This document shows, in pieces, positions 10,154-20,302 of a stretch of DNA of 64,000 nucleotides. Position numbers and translations under genes: made by a program. Below the pieces are notes generated by a model. It saw nothing but the letters and a program-made list of their open reading frames with translations, searched no databases and was not told the origin of the DNA. Source of the stretch: Bdellovibrionales bacterium (GTDB lineage Bacteria; Bdellovibrionota; Bdellovibrionia; Bdellovibrionales; UBA1609); the NCBI GenBank assembly GCA_965261545.1, contig CBDHDF010000006.1, positions 32,001 to 96,000 of the forward strand, in the 5' to 3' direction. How positions within the stretch are numbered: the stretch's first letter is position 1; the number at the start of each line of letters is the position of its first letter.

Positions 10154-11664
10154 CCCCGTTCACTTTCCCCCACGAGAACTCCATCCATCTTTGACGGCTG
10201 AGAATGGTCGTAACCAATAACTTTCATGGGTACAACTTGTCCCGGTGAGCACTGTTTATTTTTTTCCCAAGTCAAACGCCAATAATCTTCACTCAAACCC
10301 TGGTTCCCTCCCTTGAAAACCATCACTTGCTTCCTCTTCCCCACTTGTTCCAAAGCCTTTTTCGTATAGCGAAGACGACTTAACTCACGCAATTTCTTCG
10401 CCCTTTCCAATATCTCATGACGATGCAAAGCCCCCCCGATGCGATTGGCATAGACACCCGGTCGCGGGCTATAGGGAAAGACATGAATACGAGTCCATGG
10501 CAGAGATTCCATACGAGTGTAGGTTTCATAAAATTGCTCTTCGGTTTCCCCCGGAAAACCAACAATCATATCCATGCCCACAAATCCATGGGGCACTCGC
10601 TTTGCAATTTCATTTAAAGCCCACCCCACTTCTTCGTGACCATATTTTCTGCCCATGGACTGCAACACATCCGTTTGCGCACTTTGTAGACTTATATGAA
10701 AATGAGGGCATATTCTAGGGTTGGTATACAAAGCCAACAACTTCTCAGAAAGCTCAATGGGCTCCAAACTTGAAAGGCGAAAACGAGGCATAGAAGTTTG
10801 ATCTAAAAGCTCCTCCACAAGATTTTCTAGATGACGCCCTTGATCGTCCCTGTAATCACCAATATGAACCCCCGTCAACACGGTTTCACGAACTCCTTGA
10901 GCGTATAGTTCTTTCACCTTTCTTACGAGTGCACCCACATTCACACTGCGACTTTTACCTCTAGCAAAGGGAATCACACAAAAAGTACAAAAACTATTGC
11001 AACCATCTTGAATTTTAAGGAAGCTGCGAGTGTGTTCTCTCTCTTGACCACCACCTTCTTCTAAATCCTTTTTTTTGAAGATATTGGATTTAAAAACCCT
11101 CTCCTTGAGTTCCCCTTGCAAATAACTTTGAAGAATTTTTTCCAACTGTCCTTTGTGAGAATTGGCAACAATGAGATCAACAAGGGGCTCATTGATAAAA
11201 AAGTCTGTATCCACTTGGGCTGAACATCCTGTGACCAAAATAATGCTATGCGGGTCTTTGGCCTTTATTTTACGTATCCACCGGAGAGATTCCTTGGTGG
11301 CTTCCGCCGTCACCGCACAGGTATTTAAAATATGGATATGGATAGCTTGCCGTGAAGCAGAAGCAATAGAAACGGCAGAGGCAGCAGAAACGGAAGAAGC
11401 CACGGCAGAGGCAGCAGTATGTTGAGTCGAACCGCCGGTTGTGGGCTTGTGAACAAATTCAACCCTGGAAAGACGACTTTGCAAAAGACCAGAGTCATAG
11501 GTGTTCACCTTGCAGCCAAAGGTGTGAATGGAATAGTTCAGCCCCTCCCCTAAGGAGATTGAATTCAAAGAATTACTGGTATCCCTGACATCGTTGGCAT
11601 CGTTGGCATCGCTAGCACCCCTGGCATCGCTAGCATCACTGGTATCACGACTCATTGAATCCAC
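10144..11664 (-). CDS. mtaB: tRNA methylthiotransferase MtaB (radical SAM)
   Basis: TFGCKVNTYD, NTCAVT, KIQDGCNSFCTFC (CxxxCxxC), IVGFPGETEE. Confidence 0.9.
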   Translation of the reverse strand: MDSMSRDTSDASDARGASDANDANDVRDTSNSLNSISLGEGLNYSIHTFGCKVNTYDSGLLQSRLSRVEFVHKPTTGGSTQHTAASAVASSVSAASAVSIASASRQAIHIHILNTCAVTAEATKESLRWIRKIKAKDPHSIILVTGCSAQVDTDFFINEPLVDLIVANSHKGQLEKILQSYLQGELKERVFKSNIFKKKDLEEGGGQEREHTRSFLKIQDGCNSFCTFCVIPFARGKSRSVNVGALVRKVKELYAQGVRETVLTGVHIGDYRDDQGRHLENLVEELLDQTSMPRFRLSSLEPIELSEKLLALYTNPRICPHFHISLQSAQTDVLQSMGRKYGHEEVGWALNEIAKRVPHGFVGMDMIVGFPGETEEQFYETYTRMESLPWTRIHVFPYSPRPGVYANRIGGALHRHEILERAKKLRELSRLRYTKKALEQVGKRKQVMVFKGGNQGLSEDYWRLTWEKNKQCSPGQVVPMKVIGYDHSQPSKMDGVLVGESERGWD

Positions 11665-12746
11665 CCTCCACCCACCAATTGTTGGCCACGGTAGAATACA
11701 GCCGCCTGGCCGGGGGTGATGGCTCTCTGGGGCTTGTCAAAATTAATATCCATGATATTGCCATCACGCCAACCCCAATGAGTGACCACAGTCCCTGAAT
11801 GCTGAAAACGGATCTTAACCTTTAGCGTTTCCCCCTCTTGAACTTCATCGAGCCAATTTAATTCTTTCACAAACATTTTATCACTGTAGAGGTGAGGCTC
11901 CTCACCAAGCCATACCGTATGGCTTTGGACATCAATGCGACATACATAAAGGGGTTTCGAGTGGGAAATGCCCAAGCCTTTTCTCTGCCCATAGGTAAAA
12001 TGATGAACACCTCCATGGTCACCTAAAACCTTCCCCGTGGGATAAAGTTTTAATTTCCCAGGCTTTAGCTGATCTTTGGAAACCTGCTTTTCAATAAATG
12101 AAGCATAACCTTCCTTGCCAATAAAGCAAATTCCCGTAGAATCTTTCTTTCTTGCCACAGCTAAGCCCCGATCTTCTGCATAATCACGCAAGTGAGGCTT
12201 TGTCCAACCCCCCACGGGAAAGAGCAAGTGGGGAATCACCCCATGATGAAGTATAAATAAAAAATAGGTTTGGTCTTTCCAATCATCACAACTTGTAAAA
12301 ATGGAATCTCTTTTTGTCACCTCACTCTTTTGAATCCTAGCGTAGTGACCCGTGGCCAAGTAATCACAACCCAATTTCTCCATGGTTCGAAAAAGGTGAT
12401 CAAATTTTAAATAAATATTGCAATTCACACAGGGAATCGGAGTTTGTCCCTTGAGGTAAGTGCTCACAAAGTCATCGATCACCTTTTCCTTAAACTTGGC
12501 CTCACAATTCATAACATAAAATGGAATGCCAAGGTGGTCAGCCACGGCCCTTGCATCATCCACATCAAGACTGGAGCAACAGGTTCCATTTCCCTCCTGA
12601 AGGCTACAGGAGTCTTGGCTATAGTCCCATACTTGCATGGTGACTCCCACCACATCATAACCCTGCTCCACCAAAAGGGAGGCTGCCACGGAACTATCCA
12701 CCCCACCACTCATGGCCACAAGCACACGGCCCTTAGACTTTTTCAC
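11652..12746 (-). CDS. mnmA: tRNA 2-thiouridylase MnmA
   Basis: AMSGGVDSS, PCVNCN, ATGHY, KDQTYF, TPGQAAVFY. Confidence 0.97.
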   Translation of the reverse strand: MKKSKGRVLVAMSGGVDSSVAASLLVEQGYDVVGVTMQVWDYSQDSCSLQEGNGTCCSSLDVDDARAVADHLGIPFYVMNCEAKFKEKVIDDFVSTYLKGQTPIPCVNCNIYLKFDHLFRTMEKLGCDYLATGHYARIQKSEVTKRDSIFTSCDDWKDQTYFLFILHHGVIPHLLFPVGGWTKPHLRDYAEDRGLAVARKKDSTGICFIGKEGYASFIEKQVSKDQLKPGKLKLYPTGKVLGDHGGVHHFTYGQRKGLGISHSKPLYVCRIDVQSHTVWLGEEPHLYSDKMFVKELNWLDEVQEGETLKVKIRFQHSGTVVTHWGWRDGNIMDINFDKPQRAITPGQAAVFYRGQQLVGGGWIQ

Positions 12747-12837
12747 AACAGCAACCTCAGACTTTTCACGGCAACAACCTCAACCTTTCCTGTTCGCTCC
12801 ACAATAGAGTTAAGTTTAATAGTAAACTCAAACGATC

Positions 12838-14151
12838 TCAATCTTGCCACGACAACGATCTCAATCTTGCCACGACCCCAACGAGAGTTTGAACAAATTC
12901 TTTTAAATCCTCCCTTGAAGTATTCCAGCCCAAACTCAAACGCAATGAAGATTGGGCCTCTCGACGGCTCAGCCCCATGGCCTGAAGCACGAGACTGGGC
13001 TCCATGCTCCCAGAGCTACAAGCAGCCCCCGTGCTCACCGCAAAGCCAGCCATATCTAAATTCATAAGAAGAATCTCACCATCCACCCCATCTATCACAA
13101 GATTCAAAGTGTTGGGAAGACGCTTTGCCTCCCTGCCAACCACATGGACGCCAGGGAGCTTCTGAAGAAGCTCTTCCTGGAGAAAGTTTCTCAACCCTTT
13201 CATACCCTGAGCTTTATCCACAATATCATGACCTTGAGCAAGCAGGGCACCAAAGCTTGCCACTGCAAGTAGGTTCTCCGTCCCTGCCCGTCGCCTCCGT
13301 TCCTGGGGACCACCGTGAATCAAGCTTGTCAATGGAATTCCCTTTTTCACATAGAGAACCCCACAGCCTTTGAGGGAGTAAAACTTATGGGCTGAAAAGC
13401 TACAAAGGTCCACATCCAAGTGGGAGGGATGAATCAACACCTTGCCTAGAGCTTGCACACCATCACAGTGGTACAAAGCCCCCACTTCATGGGCCATTTT
13501 AGCACATTTTTTCACGGGAAAAATACTCCCCGTTTCATTGTTGGCGAACATAATGGAGACAAGGGCTGTCTCGCAAGAAAGCCGACTTTGATAAAATTCC
13601 ATGTCGAGTTCTCCTGAGCGATGCACAGGAATCACATCGACCCTCGCCCCACAGGAGGCCAGATACTCCATGGTTTTAAGAACACTGGGGTGCTCCACAG
13701 CCGAGCAAATATAATGGTTCCGAGATGTCGCTCTCATCTTGTCAAAGACACCCTTAATTGCTAGGTTATTGGCCTCGCTTCCCCCACTGGTAAAAATGAT
13801 CTCCAGGGGGTGACAAAGAAGAAAATCCGCCACTCTTTGACGAGCGTCTCGCATAAGGACCTTGGAGCCTCTCCCAGACCAGTGAACCGAACTGGGGTTT
13901 CCCCACTCCTCCAACCACTCTACAATTTGAGGTTTGAGACTCTCATCAAGGGGAGTGGTCGCATTGTGATCCAAATAAACCCGGCCTTGTTGAAAACTCC
14001 CGCGAGGCTGGAGGCCCCATGGGTCTTGAGAATGAGAGCCATCATCAAGGTGGCCCTCTTGCTGAGGATAAGATTGAATTTGAGGCTGGGGCCTAAAAGC
14101 TGTTTTTGGCAATTCCGTAGTGTTATTGTAGTTATTTCTGTTGCTGTTCAT
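12838..14151 (-). CDS. iscS: Cysteine desulfurase (IscS/NifS family)
   Basis: YLDHNATTP, FTSGGSEANN, SAHKFY, STGAACSSG; adjacent to mnmA. Start uncertain (long N-terminal extension). Confidence 0.9.
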   Translation of the reverse strand: MNSNRNNYNNTTELPKTAFRPQPQIQSYPQQEGHLDDGSHSQDPWGLQPRGSFQQGRVYLDHNATTPLDESLKPQIVEWLEEWGNPSSVHWSGRGSKVLMRDARQRVADFLLCHPLEIIFTSGGSEANNLAIKGVFDKMRATSRNHYICSAVEHPSVLKTMEYLASCGARVDVIPVHRSGELDMEFYQSRLSCETALVSIMFANNETGSIFPVKKCAKMAHEVGALYHCDGVQALGKVLIHPSHLDVDLCSFSAHKFYSLKGCGVLYVKKGIPLTSLIHGGPQERRRRAGTENLLAVASFGALLAQGHDIVDKAQGMKGLRNFLQEELLQKLPGVHVVGREAKRLPNTLNLVIDGVDGEILLMNLDMAGFAVSTGAACSSGSMEPSLVLQAMGLSRREAQSSLRLSLGWNTSREDLKEFVQTLVGVVARLRSLSWQD

Positions 14152-14226
14152 GGCACAAAATTAATACAAAGCACAACGAAAGTCTATAAAACCCTTAGAA
14201 GTTCTTAATATTAGAAATTCTTAGCA

Positions 14227-15060
14227 TTAAAAGTTCTTAATAAATGAAAAGCCCACTGTGTTATCCCCGAGGCCCTTTTCCGTCATGGGATTTTTACGGT
14301 TGGTAAGGTTGACCCAAAGGCTGGTATTAAACCCATCAATTTTCCTATCTAAGGATAAGAGACTGTGGGTATAACTTGTCGAGCCCATACCTTCTTCATT
14401 GCCATAGGAGGCATACCCCAAGGCCACACCAAGACAGAGATCCTCTGGGAAGTCCCAAGCTTCAGGAAAGTAAAAACTTCTCTTAACTTCGTAATAACCA
14501 TAGGCGTTATCTCCCACAACAAAATAATCTTCTTCTTGAAGAATCTTAGCCTGAAAGCCCCATATGGAAAGATAAAGAGCATACTCCAAGCTATCTTGGG
14601 AACTGAGCGGACCTGAAGCCTCGTAGTCCCACTGGGAAACTTCAAATTTCAAGCTCATATCATCATGCTTCCAGCCCAAACCCACATAAGTGCGACCGTA
14701 ACGAGCGGCCTCATCGTGAGGGTAATAAAAATAAAGAGTCCCAACATAGGCTGACCAATGCTCACCAAAAAAATAGCTGTAGCTGGCATAAAGATCTGTT
14801 TCTAAACCTTTTCCATAGCCTTCTGGAGGACCCGCCAATGCGGCGGCACCAAAGTTCAACCCATAGTCAGTGGTAAAATCTAAACCCCCTTGAACCACAG
14901 GCTCATGGTTTGTAAAACTCATTCCTCGCCATATGTAGTCCGTCTTAGCACCAAAATGTCCTGAAAATTCAGCCGAAAAGGCTTGAGAATTCCCACCTAA
15001 AAATCCACCCCAAAAAATAAGTGCGACAAAAAGAAATAGATTTAAATAAGACTTTTTCAT
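14227..15060 (-). CDS. TorF-like putative outer-membrane protein
   Basis: Signal peptide, 'TDYIWRGMSFT...PVVQGGLD', 'ETDLYASY', C-terminal Phe. Confidence 0.75.
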   Translation of the reverse strand: MKKSYLNLFLFVALIFWGGFLGGNSQAFSAEFSGHFGAKTDYIWRGMSFTNHEPVVQGGLDFTTDYGLNFGAAALAGPPEGYGKGLETDLYASYSYFFGEHWSAYVGTLYFYYPHDEAARYGRTYVGLGWKHDDMSLKFEVSQWDYEASGPLSSQDSLEYALYLSIWGFQAKILQEEDYFVVGDNAYGYYEVKRSFYFPEAWDFPEDLCLGVALGYASYGNEEGMGSTSYTHSLLSLDRKIDGFNTSLWVNLTNRKNPMTEKGLGDNTVGFSFIKNF

Positions 15061-15220
15061 AATACCTCCTACATGCGTATATTGTTGTATATTTATGATA
15101 GTCTTTGAAATAGTTACGTATTTCTTTTAAAAAAACAAGCTTGTTCTATCTTCAGTTAATGCACAGAGCCTATTCTCTCGTTATTAACTCCCTTTGTTAG
15201 CTCCCTTTATATTAAACTGC

Positions 15221-16429
15221 CTAAATGATGGACTCCACAAATTCTTTGGAGTCAAAGGTCCTGAGGTCTTCGAGACCTTCTCCCACACCAATCATTTTTA
15301 TAGGAAGCTGTAACTCACAGGCCAGGCCCACAGCGACACCTCCCTTGGCCGAACCATCAAGCTTTGTAAGAATCGCTCCCGTCAAACCCATGGCTTCATT
15401 AAATGACCTGGCTTGAGCAAGAGCATTTTGACCTGAATTTGCATCAAGGACCACAAGCACCTCATGGGGGGCTTCAGGAAGAACCTTTTGAATCACTCTT
15501 TTCATCTTTTGAAGCTCTTGGACCAAGTGCTCTTGAGTGTGCAATCTTCCCGCTGTATCGACAATGACCACATCAAAACCTTTAGATTGAGCTGAGGTAC
15601 ACGCATCAAAAGCCACAGCACTGGGATCTTTCACCCCAGAGGGACTAAAAAGCTCCACTTGAGCCCGCTCACTCCAAACCTTTAATTGAGCATCCGCAGC
15701 AGCTCGAAATGTATCCCCTGCCACAACCATAACTTTCTTCCCACCTTGCACCACTTGGTGGGCAAGCTTTCCAATAGTGGTTGTTTTACCTACACCATTC
15801 ACACCCACAACCATCCACACATGAGGAGTCCTTGCTCCACTCTGAAGACGCAGAATTTGGGAAATATTATCCAGTTCTTGGTGGTTCAAAGATTGAAAGA
15901 TTAAAGCCATTTCCTCTTGCAAGGCTTTGCGAACCTTATCAATATTCGACTTCTCTGACTTAGTAAGGCTCTTCCCCACGGACTCAACAAGTCGCTGAAC
16001 GGTCCGGGGCCCCAGGTCACTGGTATAAAGAATTTCTTCCAAGGACTCCATATCATCCTCAGAAAGTGGCTTTTCTCCATCAATGACAGTTTTAATGCGC
16101 CCCCAAAGGTGAGTGCGTGTGCAAGAAAGGGCTTCCCTTAGATCTTTTTTATGAATCTCGGGGGCAGAAGTGGGCATTTGAATAGAGGTGGAGGTGGTCG
16201 TAGGGGTGGGGGGGAGAGAGGTCGGCGTTGAAGTTGAAGTGGTTGTGGAAGCAGAAGTCGATCCTGGGGGCGGTGGAGGTGGCAAAGAGTCCGAGTCTCT
16301 ATGCCCAGGGAATTTTTGATCTACCTCGTGGGTGCGAATATAATAGCGAATAAAATAATAAAGGGTCGTGGCCAGAAAGCCAAAGATAACAACACAACCT
16401 ATGATAATAAATGTTACATTTTCGTGCAT
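15221..16429 (-). CDS. ftsY: Signal recognition particle receptor FtsY
   Basis: GVNGVGKTTT, DTFRAAA, DTAGR, TKLDGSAKGG; N-terminal TM helix and Pro/Thr linker. Confidence 0.97.
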   Translation of the reverse strand: MHENVTFIIIGCVVIFGFLATTLYYFIRYYIRTHEVDQKFPGHRDSDSLPPPPPPGSTSASTTTSTSTPTSLPPTPTTTSTSIQMPTSAPEIHKKDLREALSCTRTHLWGRIKTVIDGEKPLSEDDMESLEEILYTSDLGPRTVQRLVESVGKSLTKSEKSNIDKVRKALQEEMALIFQSLNHQELDNISQILRLQSGARTPHVWMVVGVNGVGKTTTIGKLAHQVVQGGKKVMVVAGDTFRAAADAQLKVWSERAQVELFSPSGVKDPSAVAFDACTSAQSKGFDVVIVDTAGRLHTQEHLVQELQKMKRVIQKVLPEAPHEVLVVLDANSGQNALAQARSFNEAMGLTGAILTKLDGSAKGGVAVGLACELQLPIKMIGVGEGLEDLRTFDSKEFVESII

Positions 16430-16562
16430 CTTTTGTACCTTCTTCTTTTTACTTTATGACCTCATAATTAGACAGTCCGCGGTTCTCAGCAAACTCTCCA
16501 GCTCATAACTTCAGACTTTCCAACTCATAACTTCACACTTTCTAACTCATAACTTCCAACAA

Positions 16563-18212
16563 CTAAATCCAATAAGATTTCAAACCCCTTTCTCGGCCCG
16601 TAGCCTTAGCTTCTTCATAACCTGCATCAATATGCCGAAACAAACCCATGGCGGGATCCGTTGTGAGAACTCGTTGCAACCTAGCCTCAGCGCCACGTGT
16701 TCCATCGGCAACGATGACTTGCCCAGCATGAAGGCTGTAACCCATACCCACTCCTCCCCCATGATGAAAGCTCACCCATGTGGCTCCATTGGCAGCATTG
16801 GCAAGAGCATTGAGTATGGGCCAATCGGCCACGGCATCAGACCCATCTTTCATTGCCTCCGTCTCACGATAGGGAGAGGCCACGGAGCCACAATCGAGGT
16901 GATCTCGTCCAATGACGATGGGGGCTTGCACCTTACCTCGGGCCACAAGATCGTTGAAAACTTGGCCTGCCTCAGCTCGTTCTCCATACTCCAACCAACA
17001 AATCCGAGAGGGAAGTCCTTGAAAAGCTATTTTTTGCTGAGCCATATCAAGCCAGTGGAGAAGATGTTTTTTATGAGGAAACAGTTCCCTCATAGCTTGA
17101 TCTGTCACTTCAATGTCTCTGGGGTCTCCAGAGAGGGCCACCCACCTAAAAGGGCCACTTCCCTTGCAGAAAAGAGGACGTATAAATTCGGGCACAAAGC
17201 CAGGAATATCAAAAGCATTTTGAACTCCCACCTCTTTCGCCATCGCTCGAATGTTATTACCATAGTCAAATGTTATGGCTCCCCTTTTTTGAAACTCCAA
17301 CATACCACAAACATGGTGAGCGATGCTCTCCTTTGATTTCTGAATATAAAGCTCTTTTTGGGAGTCTCTAAAGCGAGGGGCTTCTTTGATATCCATGCCT
17401 TCAGGGATATAGCCCATGAGGGGATCGTGGGCCGAAGTTTGGTCTGTGACAATATCTGCCTTAAAATTCCTCCTAAGGAGTTCATGAATAACTGTAGTCA
17501 TATTTCCACAAAGGGCAATGGACCTTGCCTCTTTGCAAGAACGATATTTTTCCACCCGATGCATAGCATCGTCGATGCCTTGGGCCACTTCGTCCACATA
17601 TTTTGTATCCAAACGCCTTTGAATACGGTGAGGGTCCACTTCCACAGTGAGAACCACAGCTCCCGCAAAAACACCAGCCAAGGGTTGGGCTCCCCCCATT
17701 CCCCCAAGACCCGCCGTGAGAATCACACGGCCCTTGAGATCTCCCTTAAAATACTTGCGACCTAACTCCACAAAGGTTTCATAGGTCCCCTGAATAATGC
17801 CTTGAGTGCCAATGTAAATCCACGATCCCGCTGTCATTTGGCCATACATCATAAGGCCCTTTTTATCGAGTTCATCAAAGACCTCCCAGTGAGCCCAGTG
17901 TGGCACCAGGTTGGAGTTAGCTATAAGAACTCGGGGGGCATCTGGGTGAGAGTGAATGGCACCTATGGGCTTTCCCGACTGAACAAGAAGTGTTTCATCA
18001 TTTTCAAGATCCTTGAGGGCTTGTAAAATGCGTTGAAAACAATCCCAATTACGGGCGGCTTTGCCTCTCCCTCCATACACAATGAGCTCATCGGGAACCT
18101 CAGCCACCTCAGGGCTGACATTGTGCTGAATCATGCGATAGGCGGCTTCTTGCAACCAACCTTTACAGGTTAAACGAGTTCCCGTAGGAGGGTAAATATT
18201 CTTTTTCGCCAT
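16563..18212 (-). CDS. hutU: Urocanate hydratase
   Basis: [52 protein letters not shown]. Confidence 0.98.
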   Translation of the reverse strand: MAKKNIYPPTGTRLTCKGWLQEAAYRMIQHNVSPEVAEVPDELIVYGGRGKAARNWDCFQRILQALKDLENDETLLVQSGKPIGAIHSHPDAPRVLIANSNLVPHWAHWEVFDELDKKGLMMYGQMTAGSWIYIGTQGIIQGTYETFVELGRKYFKGDLKGRVILTAGLGGMGGAQPLAGVFAGAVVLTVEVDPHRIQRRLDTKYVDEVAQGIDDAMHRVEKYRSCKEARSIALCGNMTTVIHELLRRNFKADIVTDQTSAHDPLMGYIPEGMDIKEAPRFRDSQKELYIQKSKESIAHHVCGMLEFQKRGAITFDYGNNIRAMAKEVGVQNAFDIPGFVPEFIRPLFCKGSGPFRWVALSGDPRDIEVTDQAMRELFPHKKHLLHWLDMAQQKIAFQGLPSRICWLEYGERAEAGQVFNDLVARGKVQAPIVIGRDHLDCGSVASPYRETEAMKDGSDAVADWPILNALANAANGATWVSFHHGGGVGMGYSLHAGQVIVADGTRGAEARLQRVLTTDPAMGLFRHIDAGYEEAKATGRERGLKSYWI

Positions 18213-18357
18213 AGAACTCAAATATAAGAATTCATAAAGAAAGACAAGTCCCCAAGCCAAATTGGTGAAGGCTTCACAGCTTGGCTCTTTCGGGGACTAA
18301 TAAGACACATTTTTCTCTGATTTCGAAATGATTTAAATAATTTTACCGATTTTATCT

Positions 18358-18630
18358 TTATCGAAGTAAATTCTTGAAATCAGATCCTGGACGGAACTTA
18401 GGGTGCCAAGCCGCAGGAATTTTAATGACTTTTCCTGTGTGGGGATTGCGACCCATACGAGCTTTGCGTTTTGTTTTGGTAAAAGTGCCAAAACCAACAA
18501 GCTTCACCTCGTCTCCTTTCTTTACTGATTTACGAATGATCTCGAGAGTACTATCAAGCATTCTCTCTGTCTGAGCCTTTGTGCAATCAGTGTTCTTAGC
18601 GATCCGTTCGATAAGTTGCGCTTTATTCAT
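18358..18630 (-). CDS. hup: DNA-binding protein HU
   Basis: MNKAQLI...GFGTF...GRNPHTG...PKFRPG. Confidence 0.95.
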   Translation of the reverse strand: MNKAQLIERIAKNTDCTKAQTERMLDSTLEIIRKSVKKGDEVKLVGFGTFTKTKRKARMGRNPHTGKVIKIPAAWHPKFRPGSDFKNLLR

Positions 18631-18786
18631 TCCTGACCTCCCATGGTGGTTAAAATTAAGCCGTCAATGGCCTTAAACCAATTGAACCTGCTCCAGGTCT
18701 CGCAGTCAAAATAATTTTATCAATATTTAGACAATGGTCCAGGCGCGCTTTCACACAACAGTATGGCTTTCACCAAGGAGCACCCC

Positions 18787-20274
18787 CTACAAAGTGAAGC
18801 GCATGGATTTTAAGAGGAGGCCAGGGCAGCGATAGGCCCCCACGGATCGGTTGCCATAGGACCCTGTGTGAGGGAGAGTGACCACCTTTTTCGTGAGATC
18901 TTCAAGTTCAGAGCCCAGTATCCGAAATAGGGTGTCGTCCCAACGCATATGTTCCATGGGTTCTTGAAGCCGCCCCTTCTCCACCCAAAAGCATGCGTAA
19001 CGGGTCATTCCCGTCACTCTTCCCTTCGCTTGGTCACTCCAGTTGAGATAATGCAAATTGGAGATGTAAATCCCACAGTCCAGCCGTGGAAGGATATTTG
19101 AATCGGCCAAATTCCCCGGCCCCATGAGAGGGGCGCGCACTGATTCACTGGAGGAAGCACGATTTGCCATCAAACCATACTCCCTCGCTGTTCGATGGTT
19201 AATCAATGTGGACTTGAGTTGCCCTCCCTCAATGAGAGTTGTCTTATTGGGCAATATGTCTCCATCATTGGTAAAGCGTGGTGAGTCTCCCTGGGAAAAA
19301 TCATCGCTTATAGAAAGTTGCGGAGAAAGCTTGTGCTCTCCAAGTCGCAGGAGGCGCAGCGGAGAGTCCCCTTGTCGAATCCGAAGCTCACTAAAAATGC
19401 TTGAACTCCCCAAAAGCAGATTCAAGAGTTCCCCCACGGCAGCGGGAGCGAGGTAAACCCTATATTCCCCAGGCTGTACGGAGCGAGGAAAAGCGGCTAA
19501 CACCTCCATTTGCCGACGGCTTTTTTTCAACTCTTTAGTCCATTGTTCTTGATTCCAGGTGGCTCCCCCCAAAAAACCTTTGCAGGCTCGTTCATTGGGA
19601 CCGTAGAGGGAGTAATCCAAAAGAAAACTATCGGATTCAAACCAGTGAAAGGCTCCCTTTGAAGTGGCATTTCCACGCTTCAATGACCCTGATGTGTAAA
19701 GGCCCACAAGGTCAAGCTCTGTCTCAAGCAGGGCCTCAGGCACTTGGTTCATCTCTAGCAGCTTTCCCCGGTGAAGACTTTCACTGGTGTGAGTGGAGGA
19801 GGGAAGGGATGCAAAAGGATCCACAGACAAGGTGGGAGCTTCCTCTTGAAGTTTTCCCAACAATTGTGTGCCCCACTCTTGGTCCCTAAAGAGATCGTGG
19901 GTGAGTGTATGGGATTTTTGAGCCCTTCGCACTTGGCTGTAGCCCGTACTTAGATTTGTGTTTGGATTTTGGTTTGGTTTTTTTAAATTCTGGCTTTGAC
20001 TTTGGTTTGGATCCTGGCTTTTTGGGTCCACAATGAGATTCACAGTCAATAGTGTTAATGAAGCTTTGTGGTCGAGAACCCATCCACTTTGTCGAATCTT
20101 TGCTCCGTTCAAACGACAATAATGGGTGGATTCCCCTTTCAAGTCGACAATAAGATATTCGCCCTCTTTCAGTTGTGAAAAAAGATGTTGAGCGTAGGCA
20201 AAGAAATAATCTCTATCCACAACATCATCGGGCCTTGATTTTTTTTTCTTCCCATTTTCTGTTTTACATAGCAT
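18787..20274 (-). CDS. TldE/PmbA-family metalloprotease partner
   Basis: 'GEYRVYLAPAAV', 'YISNLHYLNWSD...TGMTRYACFWVE'; follows tldD. Confidence 0.8.
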   Translation of the reverse strand: MLCKTENGKKKKSRPDDVVDRDYFFAYAQHLFSQLKEGEYLIVDLKGESTHYCRLNGAKIRQSGWVLDHKASLTLLTVNLIVDPKSQDPNQSQSQNLKKPNQNPNTNLSTGYSQVRRAQKSHTLTHDLFRDQEWGTQLLGKLQEEAPTLSVDPFASLPSSTHTSESLHRGKLLEMNQVPEALLETELDLVGLYTSGSLKRGNATSKGAFHWFESDSFLLDYSLYGPNERACKGFLGGATWNQEQWTKELKKSRRQMEVLAAFPRSVQPGEYRVYLAPAAVGELLNLLLGSSSIFSELRIRQGDSPLRLLRLGEHKLSPQLSISDDFSQGDSPRFTNDGDILPNKTTLIEGGQLKSTLINHRTAREYGLMANRASSSESVRAPLMGPGNLADSNILPRLDCGIYISNLHYLNWSDQAKGRVTGMTRYACFWVEKGRLQEPMEHMRWDDTLFRILGSELEDLTKKVVTLPHTGSYGNRSVGAYRCPGLLLKSMRFTL

Positions 20275-20302
20275 TTGGTTTTTCCTCTACATCAGCACTA
20301 CT

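Noticed and set aside
16563..18212. Isolated hutU as an unusual system
   Set aside because: Scattered hut genes are common, and the rest may lie outside the window.
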